From Vicinamibacterales bacterium (lineage in GTDB: Bacteria > Acidobacteriota > Vicinamibacteria > Vicinamibacterales > SCN-69-37), in NCBI GenBank assembly GCA_030827135.1, contig JAURFE010000005.1, forward strand, positions 66,257 to 130,256: DNA of 64,000 nt. The letters are read 5' to 3'. The position numbers were made by a program, and so were the translations under genes. The first letter of the stretch is position 1, and every line of letters begins with the position of its first letter. Below, piece after piece: positions 25,487 to 35,141 of the stretch. The notes beneath the pieces were generated by a model that saw nothing but the letters and a program-made list of their open reading frames with translations, made no database searches and was not told where the DNA came from.

Positions 25487-26377
25487 ATGGAACGCAAGAC
25501 GGCTGCTGACTTTGATCCGGAAGTGCTGATTCTGTTCGACGCCTACGTGCACGGCCACATCGACCGCCGTGGCTTTCTGGATCGCGCGTCCAAGTTTGCC
25601 GTGGGCAGCGTCACGGCGGGGATGCTGCTTGACTCGCTGAGCCCGAACTTCGCGGCCGCGCAGAAAGTGGCGAAGGACGACAGCCGCCTCAAGGCCGAAT
25701 ACGTCGAATACCCGTCGCCGCAGGGTTCGGGCACGATGAAGGGATACCTCGTGCGTCCGGCGAAGGCGGCCGGCAAACTGCCGGGCGTCGTGGTCTTTCA
25801 TGAAAACCGCGGCCTGAACCCGCACATCGAGGACATCACACGTCGCCTTGCGCTCGACAACTTCATCGCGTTTGCGCCCGACGCGCTGACACCGCTTGGC
25901 GGCTATCCGGCCTCCGGCGAAGACGAAGCGCGGACGCTGTTCGGCAAACTCGATCGGGCGAAGACGGCCGAGGACATGCTCGCCGGCGCGAAGTTCCTGC
26001 AGGCGCACGCCGAATGCACGGGCCGCATCGGAGCCGTGGGGTTCTGCTGGGGCGGGAGTACCACCAAGACCCTCGCATCGCGCATGCCGGACCTGGCAGC
26101 CGCGGTGCCGTTTTACGGGGGCGGCCAGGTCGCCGAAGCCGCCACGATCAAGGCGCCGATGCTGATCCACTACGCAGGCACCGACCCCCGCATCAACGAT
26201 GCGTGGCCGGCCTACGAGGCCGCCCTGAAGGCTGCTGGCGTCCAGTATCAGATGTTCATGTACGAGGGCACGCAGCACGGCTTCAACAACGACACGACGC
26301 CCCGTTTTGACGAAAAGGCCGCGGCCCTCGCCTGGTCACGGACGGTCGAATTCTTCAATAAACACGTGCGCCAATGA
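25487..26377 (+). CDS. dienelactone hydrolase family protein with Tat-like signal
   Basis: DRRGFLDRASKFAVGSVTAGMLL...AAAQ (twin-Arg signal), nucleophile elbow GAVGFCWGG, C-terminal GTQHGF. ATG 25487 follows GGAGG. Confidence 0.85.
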   Translation: MERKTAADFDPEVLILFDAYVHGHIDRRGFLDRASKFAVGSVTAGMLLDSLSPNFAAAQKVAKDDSRLKAEYVEYPSPQGSGTMKGYLVRPAKAAGKLPGVVVFHENRGLNPHIEDITRRLALDNFIAFAPDALTPLGGYPASGEDEARTLFGKLDRAKTAEDMLAGAKFLQAHAECTGRIGAVGFCWGGSTTKTLASRMPDLAAAVPFYGGGQVAEAATIKAPMLIHYAGTDPRINDAWPAYEAALKAAGVQYQMFMYEGTQHGFNNDTTPRFDEKAAALAWSRTVEFFNKHVRQ

Positions 26378-26407
26378 GGCAATGAGGCAATGCCCCTTTG
26401 CCTCATT
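26371..26407. repeat. minimal GGCAATGR-family hairpin (likely terminator)
   Basis: ccaatgaggcaatgaggcaatgcccctttgcctcatt. The 10-bp stem is aatgaggcaa/ttgcctcatt. It contains the DLH stop TGA at 26375-26377. Confidence 0.85.
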
Positions 26408-26455
26408 AACGAAACGTCCCCGCACCTTCCGGCGTAGACTTGGCAGAAGCCCTGC

Positions 26456-28015
26456 GTGTCTGTCATCCGTTACGTCATCTTTTCGCTTGCCGCCCTTTCC
26501 CTGGGGCCCGCGTACCCTCGCTTTGTCGTCGAAGAGACCACGATCGGGCAGGTGCATGCGGCGTTCCAGAATCACACCCTGACCTGCCGCGCGCTGGTGG
26601 ACACCTACCTCGCGCGCATTGCACGCTACGACCATCAGGGGCCTGAACTGAATGCCATTGCCAGCATCAATCCCCTGGCCCAGACGGAAGCCGCGCGCCT
26701 GGACAAGGCCTTTGCGGAACGCGGCCTGACCGGCCCCCTGCACTGCGTCCCCGTCATCGTCAAGGACAACATCCAGACGGCAGGATGGGAGACCACTGCG
26801 GGGTCTCTGGCGCTCAAGGGATTCATCCCCGACCGTGATGCCACCGCGATCACCAGGCTCAAAGCCGCCGGCGCCATCATTCTGGCCAAGTCGAACATGT
26901 CGGACCTGGCGTTGAATGCGCTGGCGACGGTAAACCTGATCCAGGGCGCAACGCGGAACCCGTATGCCCTGAACCGTGTGCCTGCCGGATCGAGCGGCGG
27001 CACGGCGGTCGCGGTGGCGGCAAACTTTGGTCTGGTGGGCCTGGGCACCGACACCGGCAACTCCGTGCGGGGACCGGCGGCCCACGCCTCGCTGGTCGGC
27101 ATTCGCCCCACCCTGGGACTCACGAGCCGGGCGGGACTGATTCCGCTCGACATGCAGTCGGACGCGATTGGCCCGATGGCCCGGACCGTGGAGGACGCGG
27201 CCATGGTCCTGGACGTGCTTGTTGGTCATGACCCGGCGGATCCCACGACGGAGGTCCTGCGGCAGTGGCCAACCAAGCCGTCGATGCTGGCTGCGGCAGG
27301 GAACGGGCTTGACGGCATCAGGATCGGCGTCTTGCGGCAGGCCTATCAGGGCGGCAATCTTCGACTGGATCCGCAGATTGCGCGTGTTTTTGCGAACGCG
27401 CTCAACGACCTGGAGAGTCTGGGTGCGGAGGTGGTGGATTCCGTCTCCATCGAGTTTGTCCCCAACGTGCCTGGGGCGGAGGCCTGCCACGGCCTCAAAT
27501 ACGACCTGAACGCCTACCTGGCGGCGCAAGGCGCGCGTGCACCGGTGTCCAGCCTTGCAGCCATCATCGCCAGCGGTCGCTTCCATGCGTCGGTCGCTGA
27601 CGACATGCGCGCGCTCAACGCGATCAACTCGGAAGGCCCTGGCAGCCAGGCGTGCCGCCTCGCCAGCGACTACCGTGAAGCGGTGGCTGGTGCCCTGTCC
27701 GACGAGATGCTGCGACTCCACCTCGACGTTCTCGTGTATCCGACGTGGAGCCAGTTGCCGCAGATGACGTCAAAGATCGTCCTTGAAGAAGCCGGTCAGT
27801 CACTCCGGTTCGCGACGGCATCCGGCTTTCCCGCGATGACGGTCCCCATGGGTTTTACGCCTGACGCCCTTCCAGTCGGCCTCTCGTTCTTGAGCCGGTC
27901 ATGGAGCGAAATCAGCTTGATTCGCGTGGGGTATGCCTACGAACAGGCGACGCGGCACCGCCGCCCGCCCGTCCTCGCCCCGCCCATTCCCTGCCTCTGC
28001 GGCGACATTCGCTGA
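26456..28015 (+). CDS. amidase (amidase-signature family), probably secreted
   Basis: GGSSGG-type motif PAGSSGGTAVAVAA, hydrophobic N-terminus, 519 aa, GTG start. Confidence 0.9.
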   Translation: MSVIRYVIFSLAALSLGPAYPRFVVEETTIGQVHAAFQNHTLTCRALVDTYLARIARYDHQGPELNAIASINPLAQTEAARLDKAFAERGLTGPLHCVPVIVKDNIQTAGWETTAGSLALKGFIPDRDATAITRLKAAGAIILAKSNMSDLALNALATVNLIQGATRNPYALNRVPAGSSGGTAVAVAANFGLVGLGTDTGNSVRGPAAHASLVGIRPTLGLTSRAGLIPLDMQSDAIGPMARTVEDAAMVLDVLVGHDPADPTTEVLRQWPTKPSMLAAAGNGLDGIRIGVLRQAYQGGNLRLDPQIARVFANALNDLESLGAEVVDSVSIEFVPNVPGAEACHGLKYDLNAYLAAQGARAPVSSLAAIIASGRFHASVADDMRALNAINSEGPGSQACRLASDYREAVAGALSDEMLRLHLDVLVYPTWSQLPQMTSKIVLEEAGQSLRFATASGFPAMTVPMGFTPDALPVGLSFLSRSWSEISLIRVGYAYEQATRHRRPPVLAPPIPCLCGDIR

Positions 28016-28048
28016 CGCGCGTCGGTCCGCCGTCCGTCCGTGGCGGAT

Positions 28049-28267
28049 TCAGGGCGCAGGGCCGCTGAAGAGAGCAATCGCGAGGGAGAGACCGATCCCC
28101 ACGCCCCAGGCCCAGGCCGGCAGCACCTGCTCGAAAGTCTCCCTCGTCAGATCCTGTACGCCGGCGCCGATCATGACCGCGAGGCTGGATCGGGGCAGCA
28201 TGCCGCTCAGCCTGCCCACGATGAAGGAGCCCTGCGGCACCTTCACCGAAGCCACGAGGAGGTTCAT
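28049..28267 (-). pseudogene. possible C-terminal relic of a TVP38/TMEM64 (DedA-like) membrane protein
   Basis: 72-aa ORF with high GC3. (FAL)MNLLVASVKVPQGSFIVGRLSGMLPRSSLAVMIGAG resembles the C-terminal G-x-LP-x-x-x-x-x-x-G region of the family. No room upstream for the ~150 missing residues. Confidence 0.3.
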
Positions 28268-28319
28268 GAGCGCGAAGGGTGAACTGGGCGGAGCCTCAAC
28301 AGCGCGACCATGAGGTTCA

Positions 28320-28709
28320 TCACGAGGCGTGCCGGCCCAGCCAGAAGCGCCGCCAGTCGCCGCCGCTGCGGTGGAGCGCGATGAACGTGTAGAGACTGCC
28401 GGCGAAGAAGCCGAGCGTCATCATCGCGATCGTCCACAACACGGCGACGGGCACGGACCGCTCGCGATAGATGATCCAGGCCGAAAACAGCACGAAGCCC
28501 GTGTAGAGGTCGACCAGCGAGACAATGCCCCAGGGCATGGCGACAAGCTGGCGCCCTTCGCCGAAGAAGTCACCGTTGGCGAAGCCGTGAAAGAGTGCGA
28601 CCGACATCGCCAACACGCCCAGCAGGGCCACGATCTTTGCGAGGACCATGCAACAAAGAATACCGGCAACGATGGCCAGCGGGGTCACGCTATAATCGCC
28701 ACCTTCCAT
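28320..28709 (-). CDS. DUF1475 family small membrane protein
   Basis: Four hydrophobic helices. WGIVSLVDLYTGFVLFSAWIIYRE is characteristic of DUF1475. An alternative start (M21) at 28649. Confidence 0.65.
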   Translation of the reverse strand: MEGGDYSVTPLAIVAGILCCMVLAKIVALLGVLAMSVALFHGFANGDFFGEGRQLVAMPWGIVSLVDLYTGFVLFSAWIIYRERSVPVAVLWTIAMMTLGFFAGSLYTFIALHRSGGDWRRFWLGRHAS

Positions 28710-31419
28710 GAGTCTGGCTCCCGGCGCCTCTATCGGACCCTACGCAATCGTTGGCCCCCTTGGCGCAGGTGGCATGGGCGAGGTGTATCGCGCGCGCGAC
28801 ACCCGGCTGGACCGTGATGTCGCGATCAAAGTACTGCCACCGCATCTGGCAGACGACGACGTGGCGCGCGCGCGATTTGAGCGTGAAGCCAAGGCCATCG
28901 CCGCGCTGTCGCACCCGAATATCCTCGCCATCTATGAATTCGGGTCCGGCCCTTCGGCCAACTCCGGGCAGGCGGTCAACTTCGTCGTCATGGAGTTGCT
29001 CGAAGGTGAGACGCTCCGTGAACGGCTGAACCCGGCAGGGGGAAGCGGCGTGGCGTTGCCAATCCGGAAGGTGACGCAGATCGGTATTGAGATCGCGCAG
29101 GGCCTGGCGGCCGCTCATGAGAAACAGATTGTTCACCGCGACCTGAAGCCGGAAAACATCTTCCTGGCGGCCGATGGCCGTGTGAAGATTCTCGACTTCG
29201 GTCTGGCCAAGACCCTCGACCACACCCCGTCCGGCGGGGCGTCGGATGCCACCAGCGCTCCGACGCAACTCCAGCAGACAAGTCCGGGCACCGTCATGGG
29301 TACGGTCGGCTATATGGCGCCTGAGCAGGTCAAAGGGCTGGCCGCCGATCACCGCGCCGACATCTTTTCGCTCGGGTGCGTGCTCTACGAAATGGTGAGC
29401 GGTCGCCGCGCCTTCGCGCGCGACACGGCAGCGGAAACGATGACCGCCATCCTGCGCGAGGACCCACCGGATTTGGTGCGCGACAGCGGAGCCTTTCCTT
29501 CAGCCTTCGAGTCCCTCGTCCGGCACTGCCTTGAGAAGCGCCCGGAGGAACGCTTCCAGTCGGCGCGCGATCTGGCGTTTGCCCTCCAGTCGGCTGGAGC
29601 ATCGACGGCTTCTGGGGGAGCGGCGATCCCCCCCTCCCACTCCCGACGGCGACGACACCTCCCGGTGGCGGCAGCTCTGGTCCTTGCGGGCGCCGCCGTC
29701 CTGTTCATGGCGGGTCGTTACACGGCGAACGGCGCGACGACCGCCACGGCACTGCACGTGACGGAATTCCTGCAAGTCAGCGACTTCCCCGGCGTCGAGA
29801 CCACTCCCACACTCTCACCCGATGGCAAGACCGTGGTCTACGCGAGCGACGCCACAGGAAGCTGGCAGATCTATGCCCTGCGTGTGGGGGCGCGCAAAGG
29901 CGTGGCGCTGACGACCGAATCAGCGAACAGCACGCCGGCATTTTCAGCCGACGGCGAACGCATCGCGTTCCGATCCGAACGTGATGGGGGCGGCATCTTC
30001 CTGATGTCGTCGACCGGGGAATCGGTCACACGCGTGAGCGACGAGGGCGTCCGACCTGCGTGGTCACCGGATGGCCTCGCGCTCGTGGTGTCGCGCTCGG
30101 ATTTTGCGGCGCCCACCGATCTCGGCGGCAGCGTGCCCGGCTTGCTGGTGATCGACGTCAAGTCCGGCCAGAAGCGCGAGATCACGACGACCGGTGCCGC
30201 GCTGCAGCCCGCGTGGTCGCCGCACGGATGGCGCATCGCGTTCTTCGGCCTTCGCACCGGCACGGGCCAGCGCGACATCTGGACCGTCGCGGCTGACGGC
30301 ACGGATGGGGAGGCGTCCCGCGTTGAAGTCACCAACGATGCGGCGCTTGATTGGAGTCCCGTGTGGTCGCCACAAGGCGACTATCTGTATTTCTCCAGCA
30401 ACCGTGGCGGCACCATGAACCTGTGGCGCATCGCCATCGACGAGCGAAGCGGCCAGGTGACAGGTGAACCCGAGCCGGTGACGACGCCATCGGGCTGGAG
30501 CGGGGCGATGTCATTCTCGCGTGACGGCAGCCGCCTGGCCTACGCCAGCCTTGACTCGCGGTCCACGCTGCTCCGGCAGGACTTCGACCCGGTACGCGAG
30601 ACGCTCGTGGGGCCGCCGATCACCATGCTCAAAGGCAGCCGGCCCATTCGTGACCATGACATTTCTCCCGATGGACGCTGGATCGCTTTTAATGAGACAG
30701 GCGCTCGCGAAGACCTGCTTGTCGCCCGCACCGATGGAAGCGACTATCGGCGCCTCACCGATGACGCGGCGCGGGATCGTGGCCCGATTTGGTCGCCTGA
30801 CGGGACGCGGATTCTGTTCTATTCCGATCGTGGCGGCACCTATGACCTCTGGACCATTCGTCCGGATGGGAGCCGCCTGGAGCAGCTGACCTCTGGGGCG
30901 AATGCAAACTTCCCGACATGGTCGCCCGACGGCGCGCGCATCGCCTACTCCGGCGTCGGTGCCGGCGGCCTGTTCCTGAATGACAGCGGCTCAAAGGCCG
31001 TGACCGCACCGCCCCCGGAGCCGCCACCTGCCGCTGACGCCGTCTTCTGGCCGTATTCCTGGTCTCGTGACGGAGCGCGGCTTCTGGGTTCGATGTTGAC
31101 GGCAGCAGGCGCCATCGAAGGCCTGGCGACCTATGACGTTGTGTCAAAGCAGTATCGCCGCCTGTCGCTGGCAACGGATGGCCCCTGGCTCCTGCCCGCC
31201 TGGCTCAGCGACAGCCGGCGCCTGCTGCTGCGCACGTCTTCCGGTATCTCGCTGGTCACGGCCGCGACTGGCGCCGCCAGACCCCTGGTTTCTGTCCGAG
31301 GTTATTCGATCGGACGCAGCCTCAGCGTCGCGCGTGACGACACGTGGTTTTCGTACACGGAGACCGCCACCGAAGGCGACATCTGGGTGGCGGTCCTCAA
31401 AGATACGAAGGTGCGATAG
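28708..31419 (+). CDS. Ser/Thr protein kinase with TM helix and TolB/PD40-like beta-propeller ectodomain
   Basis: GAGGMGEVYRA, VAIKVL, HRDLKPENI, DFGLAK, APE. TM helix at LPVAAALVLAGAAVLFMAG. Repeated SPDG/WSPDG PD40 motifs follow. Confidence 0.9.
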   Translation: MSLAPGASIGPYAIVGPLGAGGMGEVYRARDTRLDRDVAIKVLPPHLADDDVARARFEREAKAIAALSHPNILAIYEFGSGPSANSGQAVNFVVMELLEGETLRERLNPAGGSGVALPIRKVTQIGIEIAQGLAAAHEKQIVHRDLKPENIFLAADGRVKILDFGLAKTLDHTPSGGASDATSAPTQLQQTSPGTVMGTVGYMAPEQVKGLAADHRADIFSLGCVLYEMVSGRRAFARDTAAETMTAILREDPPDLVRDSGAFPSAFESLVRHCLEKRPEERFQSARDLAFALQSAGASTASGGAAIPPSHSRRRRHLPVAAALVLAGAAVLFMAGRYTANGATTATALHVTEFLQVSDFPGVETTPTLSPDGKTVVYASDATGSWQIYALRVGARKGVALTTESANSTPAFSADGERIAFRSERDGGGIFLMSSTGESVTRVSDEGVRPAWSPDGLALVVSRSDFAAPTDLGGSVPGLLVIDVKSGQKREITTTGAALQPAWSPHGWRIAFFGLRTGTGQRDIWTVAADGTDGEASRVEVTNDAALDWSPVWSPQGDYLYFSSNRGGTMNLWRIAIDERSGQVTGEPEPVTTPSGWSGAMSFSRDGSRLAYASLDSRSTLLRQDFDPVRETLVGPPITMLKGSRPIRDHDISPDGRWIAFNETGAREDLLVARTDGSDYRRLTDDAARDRGPIWSPDGTRILFYSDRGGTYDLWTIRPDGSRLEQLTSGANANFPTWSPDGARIAYSGVGAGGLFLNDSGSKAVTAPPPEPPPAADAVFWPYSWSRDGARLLGSMLTAAGAIEGLATYDVVSKQYRRLSLATDGPWLLPAWLSDSRRLLLRTSSGISLVTAATGAARPLVSVRGYSIGRSLSVARDDTWFSYTETATEGDIWVAVLKDTKVR

Positions 31420-31482
31420 CGATCCCGGCGCGGCGAAAGCCACCCCCTGCGAAGAGGCGGAGCGCCCGAGCGCCAACCGTCG

Positions 31483-32292
31483 TCAGCCGTTGTCGCCGTC
31501 GAGCAGACGCCCCAGACCACCGAGCACGGAGCCCTCTTCCTTGCCGCCCCTGCCAAGCCCCGGCACCGCAGCCACGATCCGATTGGCCAGGCGACTGAGC
31601 GGCAGCGACTGCAGCCAGATCTTTCCCGGGCCGGTGAGTGTCGCGAAGAACAACCCTTCCCCGCCAAACAACGCCGTCTTGATCTTGCCGACGTACTGAA
31701 TGTCGTAATTCACTGACGGCATCATCGCGACGATACAGCCGGTGTCGACGCGGACGATTTCACCGGGTGCGAGGGTGCGCTCCTGGAGCGTGCCGCCGGC
31801 GTGCACAAACGCCCAGCCGTCCCCTTCGAGTTTCTGCATGATGAAGCCTTCACCGCCAAACAGGCCGACGCCAAGCCGACGCTGAAATGCGATGCCGACA
31901 CTTACACCTTTGGCCGCCGCCAGGAACGAGTCCTTCTGGGCGATCAACGTGCCGCCGACTTCACTGAGGTGGACGGGAATGATCTTGCCGGGATACGGCG
32001 CGCCGAACGCAAGTTTACGCCGCTGATGACTGCGATTCAGGAACACGGTCATGAACAGGGACTCCCCCGTCAACAACCGCTTACCAGCCCCCATCAGCGC
32101 GCCCATGAACCCGGTGTTCTGCTGGGAGCCGTCACCGAAGATGGTCTCCATCTCGATCCCGTCGTCCATGAACATCATGCCGCCCGCTTCGGCAACAACG
32201 GCTTCGTTGGGATCCAGTTCGACTTCGACGAACTGCATGTCGTCGCCGAAAATCCTGTAATCAATCTCGTGCATTCCTGCCATGTCGGTCAT
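31483..32292 (-). CDS. AIM24/TIGR00266 (DUF124) family protein
   Basis: [35 protein letters not shown] and the [21 protein letters not shown] pattern. Confidence 0.8.
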   Translation of the reverse strand: MTDMAGMHEIDYRIFGDDMQFVEVELDPNEAVVAEAGGMMFMDDGIEMETIFGDGSQQNTGFMGALMGAGKRLLTGESLFMTVFLNRSHQRRKLAFGAPYPGKIIPVHLSEVGGTLIAQKDSFLAAAKGVSVGIAFQRRLGVGLFGGEGFIMQKLEGDGWAFVHAGGTLQERTLAPGEIVRVDTGCIVAMMPSVNYDIQYVGKIKTALFGGEGLFFATLTGPGKIWLQSLPLSRLANRIVAAVPGLGRGGKEEGSVLGGLGRLLDGDNG

Positions 32293-32323
32293 ACTCCTCG
32301 CCCCGACAGTCTACTGCTGCACC

Positions 32324-32342
32324 ATGTGCTACGATGTGCTAC
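32324..32342. promoter_or_regulatory. direct repeat ATGTGCTAC(G)ATGTGCTAC abutting the antitoxin ATG (candidate TA operator)
   Basis: atgtgctac occurs at 32324-32332 and 32334-32342, a 10-bp phase, immediately before ATG 32343. Confidence 0.35.
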
Positions 32343-32618
32343 ATGGCAACCGTCGGCGTCCGGGAACTTCGGCAAAACCTGAGTGTGTATCTCGACCGCG
32401 TGAAGAAGGGCGAAGCCTTGTCCGTCACCGAGCGAGGGCAGGTGGTCGCGATGCTGCGACCACCCGAGGCCACCGGGAGCCTGACCGAACGGCTCGTGAG
32501 TGAGGGGCGTGCCCGCCGCGCCACCAGGCGCCCTGGAGACCTCCCGAAGCCGCTCCGCCTCACGTTGGACCACCCGTTGAGCCGGATTCTCGACGAACAG
32601 CGGGACGATCGCCTGTGA
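32343..32618 (+). CDS. Phd/YefM-family type II antitoxin
   Basis: MATVGVRELRQNLSVYLDRVKKGEALSVTERGQVVAMLRP. The stop overlaps the toxin GTG (GTGA). Confidence 0.85.
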   Translation: MATVGVRELRQNLSVYLDRVKKGEALSVTERGQVVAMLRPPEATGSLTERLVSEGRARRATRRPGDLPKPLRLTLDHPLSRILDEQRDDRL

Positions 32619-33016
32619 CCTCGACTCCGTACGCCTATGTCGACACGTCAGCACTCGTGAAGCTGGTGGTCGCTGAACGTGAGACGCCGGCGCTGGAGGC
32701 CGATCTGACACAGCGAGCCGGACTCCTCTGCTCTGCGCTGGGAGCCGCCGAGCTGCGCCGCGCGTGCCGTCGCTCGCTGAACCGCCGACAGATGTCCCGT
32801 GTGGATGAGGTGCTGGAAGCGCTGTTCCTGGTCGACGTCACTCCGGCCATTCTGGATGTCGCGGCAGAGTTGGCGCCGACCACGCTTCGGACACTGGACG
32901 CCATCCATCTCGCGACCGTCCTGTCACTCGACGAAAGGTCGCTCGACGTCATCACCTACGACCGCCGGCTCGCCGCTGCCGCGGCGTCCCGCGGCCTCTC
33001 GGTCGTCGCCCCGTGA
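32615..33016 (+). CDS. vapC: VapC-family PIN-domain toxin
   Basis: YVDTSALVKL (first acidic residue), LDAIHLATV, ITYDRRL; 133 aa. Confidence 0.85.
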   Translation: MTSTPYAYVDTSALVKLVVAERETPALEADLTQRAGLLCSALGAAELRRACRRSLNRRQMSRVDEVLEALFLVDVTPAILDVAAELAPTTLRTLDAIHLATVLSLDERSLDVITYDRRLAAAAASRGLSVVAP

Positions 33017-33041
33017 GAATGCGTGTCTGAATTCCCAGACT

Positions 33042-35141
33042 CTACACCTTGATGGTCTTGGCGTACTCGCTGCCCACCACCCCGCGGGTGCAGGCGTCGG
33101 TGACCATGAATTTCGCGGAATGCAGGGCCTGAACGGTCAGGGCCTCGGCCACAGGGACGCTGCACGACGCGACCACGGTGTCGGTAATCGCCTTGCGGGC
33201 GGCGGTGGTCGCCGGGCTGCCGGCACCCGGAAGTCCGGCCACGTCAGTCGGCACGCCGCTCACAGCACCCGACTCAAACGGGCGCCGCGCCACGCCGGCG
33301 TCCTTCCCGTTCGCGAGGCTCCAGGCGGTCGAGAGCACGGCATCCATCGGACCGGCGAAATCAACGAGCCAGCCCGTCGCCTGCGTCGCAGCGACCGGGC
33401 GTCCCGTGAGCAGAAGCGCCATGAGCTTCGACTGCTGCTCACGCGTCGCTTTGCGGAACGGCCAGTGACAGCCTTCCATGCCAGGAACCACGGGCAGCGT
33501 GACTTCGGGAAATCCGAGCTGCGCACTGTCGAGCGCGACGACAAAGTGGCAGTGCGTCATCAGTTCGAGCATGCCACCCAGGCAACGCTTGCCGGTGATG
33601 ACACCGACAGACACCTTGAACTCGTCGTGCAGCCTCCGAGAGGTGCGCGACCAGCCTTCCGCCACGGCCTGCCCGGCCTCGACCTTTTCGAGGGCCGGGA
33701 AAAACGCCGTGGTGTCGGCGCCGACCATCTGCGTGGAGAGATGGAAGTCTCCGCTGAGGATGACGCGCTCGATCTTCGCAGCCTTGAGCCAGTCAATCGC
33801 GCGATTGAGTTCCGCATCCACGTCGTGTGAATAACTCTCGCGACTCAGACTGATCACACCCACCGTGCCGTCGTGTTCCGCATTGACGTACAGCTGCTGC
33901 CACTCGGGCGTCGAGATGCGCTCAAGCACTTCGGGATGCCAGGGCGACGACGCCGCGGCGGGATGGAGCGCGTGGTACGCCTTCACGCGGGCGATGGCCG
34001 TCTCGGCGCCAAGCGATCGAATGGAGGCGAGGACGCCCTGCCGGAACTGCGCACACAGTTCACCAATCGCGTTCATCTGCGAGAGGTGTGAGCGCTCTTC
34101 CGCAAGCATCAGCGCCGTCATCTGGATGAGCGCGCCGCCCACCCACGTCTGAAACACCGCCTCATCGTCGCCCTGCATGGCAAAGTCGACGAGCGGGCGG
34201 AAGTGATTGGGTGGGTACCAGTTCTGGCCGGTGTCCTTGCGTTCGGTCAGATCGGGCGTGGGTTCAAAGAGATCGCCGTAGGTCGCGTGGAGGTGATGCA
34301 GGCACGACCACGTGAGGAAGTTCGCGCCCTTGGCGCCAATGGCATCGTGCGCACGAAGCGGATTCGGACCGAAGTACTTCCGGACGAACTTGTCGACCTT
34401 CCAGTACGGCACGTTCGTCGCACCCGCGTAACGGAGCGAGGCGTTCGTGACACCGCAAAACAACACGTCGAGCACAAACGACCAGTGATCGCTCACCGGC
34501 ATCGGCACCAGGCCGAGCGCCCAGAACAACCGTGTGATGTCGGACGGGGTCTGCTCCACCGTCTCGTACACCTTATTGATTTCGTGCGGGAACGCCGGAT
34601 GCGAAATCCCGACACCCAGTTCACGGCTCGGGAATCCGGAGGTGACCGATCGGATCTCGATCCCCGGATACGCGGCGCGGAACATCGCGTAATGCGCCTT
34701 CTTGATCTCGAGTACTTCCGGAATTGCTTCGAGCAGCATCTTCGGCCGGAAGTGCGCGAGCGCCGCCGGCAGCGTCTTTCCGTCGTAGTTCAGACGGACG
34801 ACGTTCGAGAAGATCTCCGCGGCGCGATCCCGCCCGAATGTGGAGACGAGCGCATTGAACTTCGGCGACAGGCCGTCAGGCGCATTGGGAAAATCGAGGC
34901 CGACGATGGGCACGCCGTACGGCTGCAGGCGCGATCCCAGCTGCAGCACCTTGCCGGCACCGACGATGCCGCTCGCCCCGGAGATGACGAGCGCTCCGCG
35001 CTGTCCAGGCGGCCCGAACACCTTGTCCACCAGCGAGTCAACGTCGATGGGCAGCCGGCCGCGCTGAAAGATCTCGTGTACGGTTCCCAGCCCGAGGGTC
35101 TCAAGTGTGGACGAACGCATTCCGTGTACCGAGGCAGCCAT
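33042..35141 (-). CDS. 3-hydroxyacyl-CoA dehydrogenase-like (N-terminal) / enoyl-CoA hydratase-like (C-terminal) fusion protein
   Basis: ISGASGIVGAGK Rossmann-like loop, LLEAIPEVLEIKK and ISHPAFPHEINKVYETV (HACD-like), and a crotonase-like C-terminal third. ATG 35141-35139 shares a base with the thiolase stop (TAATG). Confidence 0.7.
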   Translation of the reverse strand: MAASVHGMRSSTLETLGLGTVHEIFQRGRLPIDVDSLVDKVFGPPGQRGALVISGASGIVGAGKVLQLGSRLQPYGVPIVGLDFPNAPDGLSPKFNALVSTFGRDRAAEIFSNVVRLNYDGKTLPAALAHFRPKMLLEAIPEVLEIKKAHYAMFRAAYPGIEIRSVTSGFPSRELGVGISHPAFPHEINKVYETVEQTPSDITRLFWALGLVPMPVSDHWSFVLDVLFCGVTNASLRYAGATNVPYWKVDKFVRKYFGPNPLRAHDAIGAKGANFLTWSCLHHLHATYGDLFEPTPDLTERKDTGQNWYPPNHFRPLVDFAMQGDDEAVFQTWVGGALIQMTALMLAEERSHLSQMNAIGELCAQFRQGVLASIRSLGAETAIARVKAYHALHPAAASSPWHPEVLERISTPEWQQLYVNAEHDGTVGVISLSRESYSHDVDAELNRAIDWLKAAKIERVILSGDFHLSTQMVGADTTAFFPALEKVEAGQAVAEGWSRTSRRLHDEFKVSVGVITGKRCLGGMLELMTHCHFVVALDSAQLGFPEVTLPVVPGMEGCHWPFRKATREQQSKLMALLLTGRPVAATQATGWLVDFAGPMDAVLSTAWSLANGKDAGVARRPFESGAVSGVPTDVAGLPGAGSPATTAARKAITDTVVASCSVPVAEALTVQALHSAKFMVTDACTRGVVGSEYAKTIKV

